64,000 bases of DNA, from NCBI GenBank assembly GCA_030704615.1, contig CM060733.1, positions 1,550,001-1,614,000 on the forward strand, in the 5' to 3' direction. Under the pieces are notes generated by a model, which saw nothing but the letters and a program-made list of their open reading frames with translations, did no database searches and was not told where the DNA came from. The stretch comes from Takakia lepidozioides. Its lineage: Eukaryota > Plantae > Bryophyta. Position numbers and translations under genes: made by a program. Below are positions 63,001 to 64,000 of the stretch, piece by piece (the first letter of the stretch is position 1; each line of letters starts with the position of its first letter).

Positions 63001-64000
63001 ATGGACGAGCCCACTAAGGCAGGTGAGGAAATGTTGATCCCAAATTTCTCAGCCATGGCCTTCTGGTACATCATCACATGCGATATTGTAGCCTTCAAAT
63101 CCATTATATCTTTGTGTTGTGCACCGTGTGCTCTTTCCATATCCTCCACTTTGCGAGCAATTGCTGAATATCCAGAGGTCCCCTCCTGCCAGGTCCACGC
63201 AAGTCCATGAACAACATGAGAACATCATGTCGCTGGTAGGGAAAATGCCTAGAACAAAATAATCGACAAAAAATGGGAGAAAGAATGATCACGTGGATCT
63301 CACCATCCGCTCGCTGGTCGATGTTCTGCTTACTGAACCTTCCTGGATTTCATGCAACGATGGACTTTGGCCTCGCTCCTATGCCTGCATTTGTCATGTA
63401 CCAGCTCAATATGCTAGCATGGTCAGCCATGACGAGCGACATACCATTCTGGGACAACAGTGATTGAACAGAGGTTTGTCAGACATACTGTTGGGATGCA
63501 ACCAATATTGGTATCCCCGCGCCCACTAACGTAGTCACTATGTATGCAGTAGTACAGAGAGCTGAGTTATGCAGCTAATGCAGAAGAGTAATCACCAGCA
63601 CAGCACTACCCTATGTTAATGACCACAAAAAAGTCATGTTAACACTCACACTCACACTCACTATTGCAGTTTCAAATACTGCCCTGACATCATCATTGCA
63701 CGACAACTCTGATCAGACCCTCCTCTATCCACACTTACAGATTGGTATGTAAAATGAGGACCCCACCCACTACACACTAACAGGTCACAATTCCATCATT
63801 CCAAAAAACCCAACCTCACCTAGCTGATTACATACAAACAGTCCAAATTAAAGCCCACTTTGGATGTCAGACCCGATTGAAAATTCCCCAAGCATGAGTG
63901 CTGGCTAGTTTCCTCACCATCAAGTCATGGTTGAAACAATCAAGTGCAAATTAGCTCTTAATAATGAGTTTCATTCATTTGGGGAATGGCTTAATAGAGA
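60085..64000 (-). mobile_element. CACTA (En/Spm) transposon; one end visible, continues beyond the window
   Basis: CACTACAACAAA begins exactly where the tandem repeat is interrupted. Internal minus-strand gene ends with a TnpA/Tnp1-like domain. Confidence 0.75.
61218..63190 (-). CDS. CACTA TnpA-like protein (3' exons) containing an FCP1/NIF-type HAD phosphatase-like domain
   Basis: ORF 61938-63149: LLILDINGLL..VVRPGCKAFL..FEVAAWS..FLKNLSTVW..TLLVDDTPHK..NAIFP. Splice donor at 61994. Last exon: AGSGRI..PEGYVAIHIDDV..NAPLPY..LGDTVGYIIVW. Confidence 0.75.

Overview
Eukaryotic plant genomic DNA. The spliced genes, PLS-type PPR fragments and transposon repertoire suggest a non-seed land plant, but this is inferred, not proven. 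The window has two apparently intact host genes: an 8-exon LAZ1/TMEM184-family gene (14985-19464) and an intronless full-size ABCG/PDR transporter (26619-30827) with a duplicated 5' region. There are also PPR and 2OG-Fe(II) dioxygenase pseudogene fragments. Positions 1-3.8 kb and 33.5-64 kb are nested transposable elements, and several carry chromatin- or DNA-modifying cargo. (1) A Ty3/Gypsy element has a C5 cytosine methyltransferase domain between protease and RT and a PHD finger after integrase. (2) A Mutator-like element has a transposase transcribed divergently from an intron-containing gene. Two partial homologous copies of that gene reconstruct a ParB/Srx-like (DGNHR) domain joined to a beta-class N4C/N6A-type methyltransferase, with covarying 24-bp palindromes in its introns. 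(3) A CACTA element has an FCP1/NIF-type HAD domain inside its TnpA-like protein. (4) A Ulp1 protease gene sits next to a SWIM-type MULE fragment. (5) A restriction-like-endonuclease LINE has a structured GNRA-tetraloop 3' end. All TE copies here are degenerate (stops or frameshifts). All domain calls were made by eye from motifs; no database searches were run.
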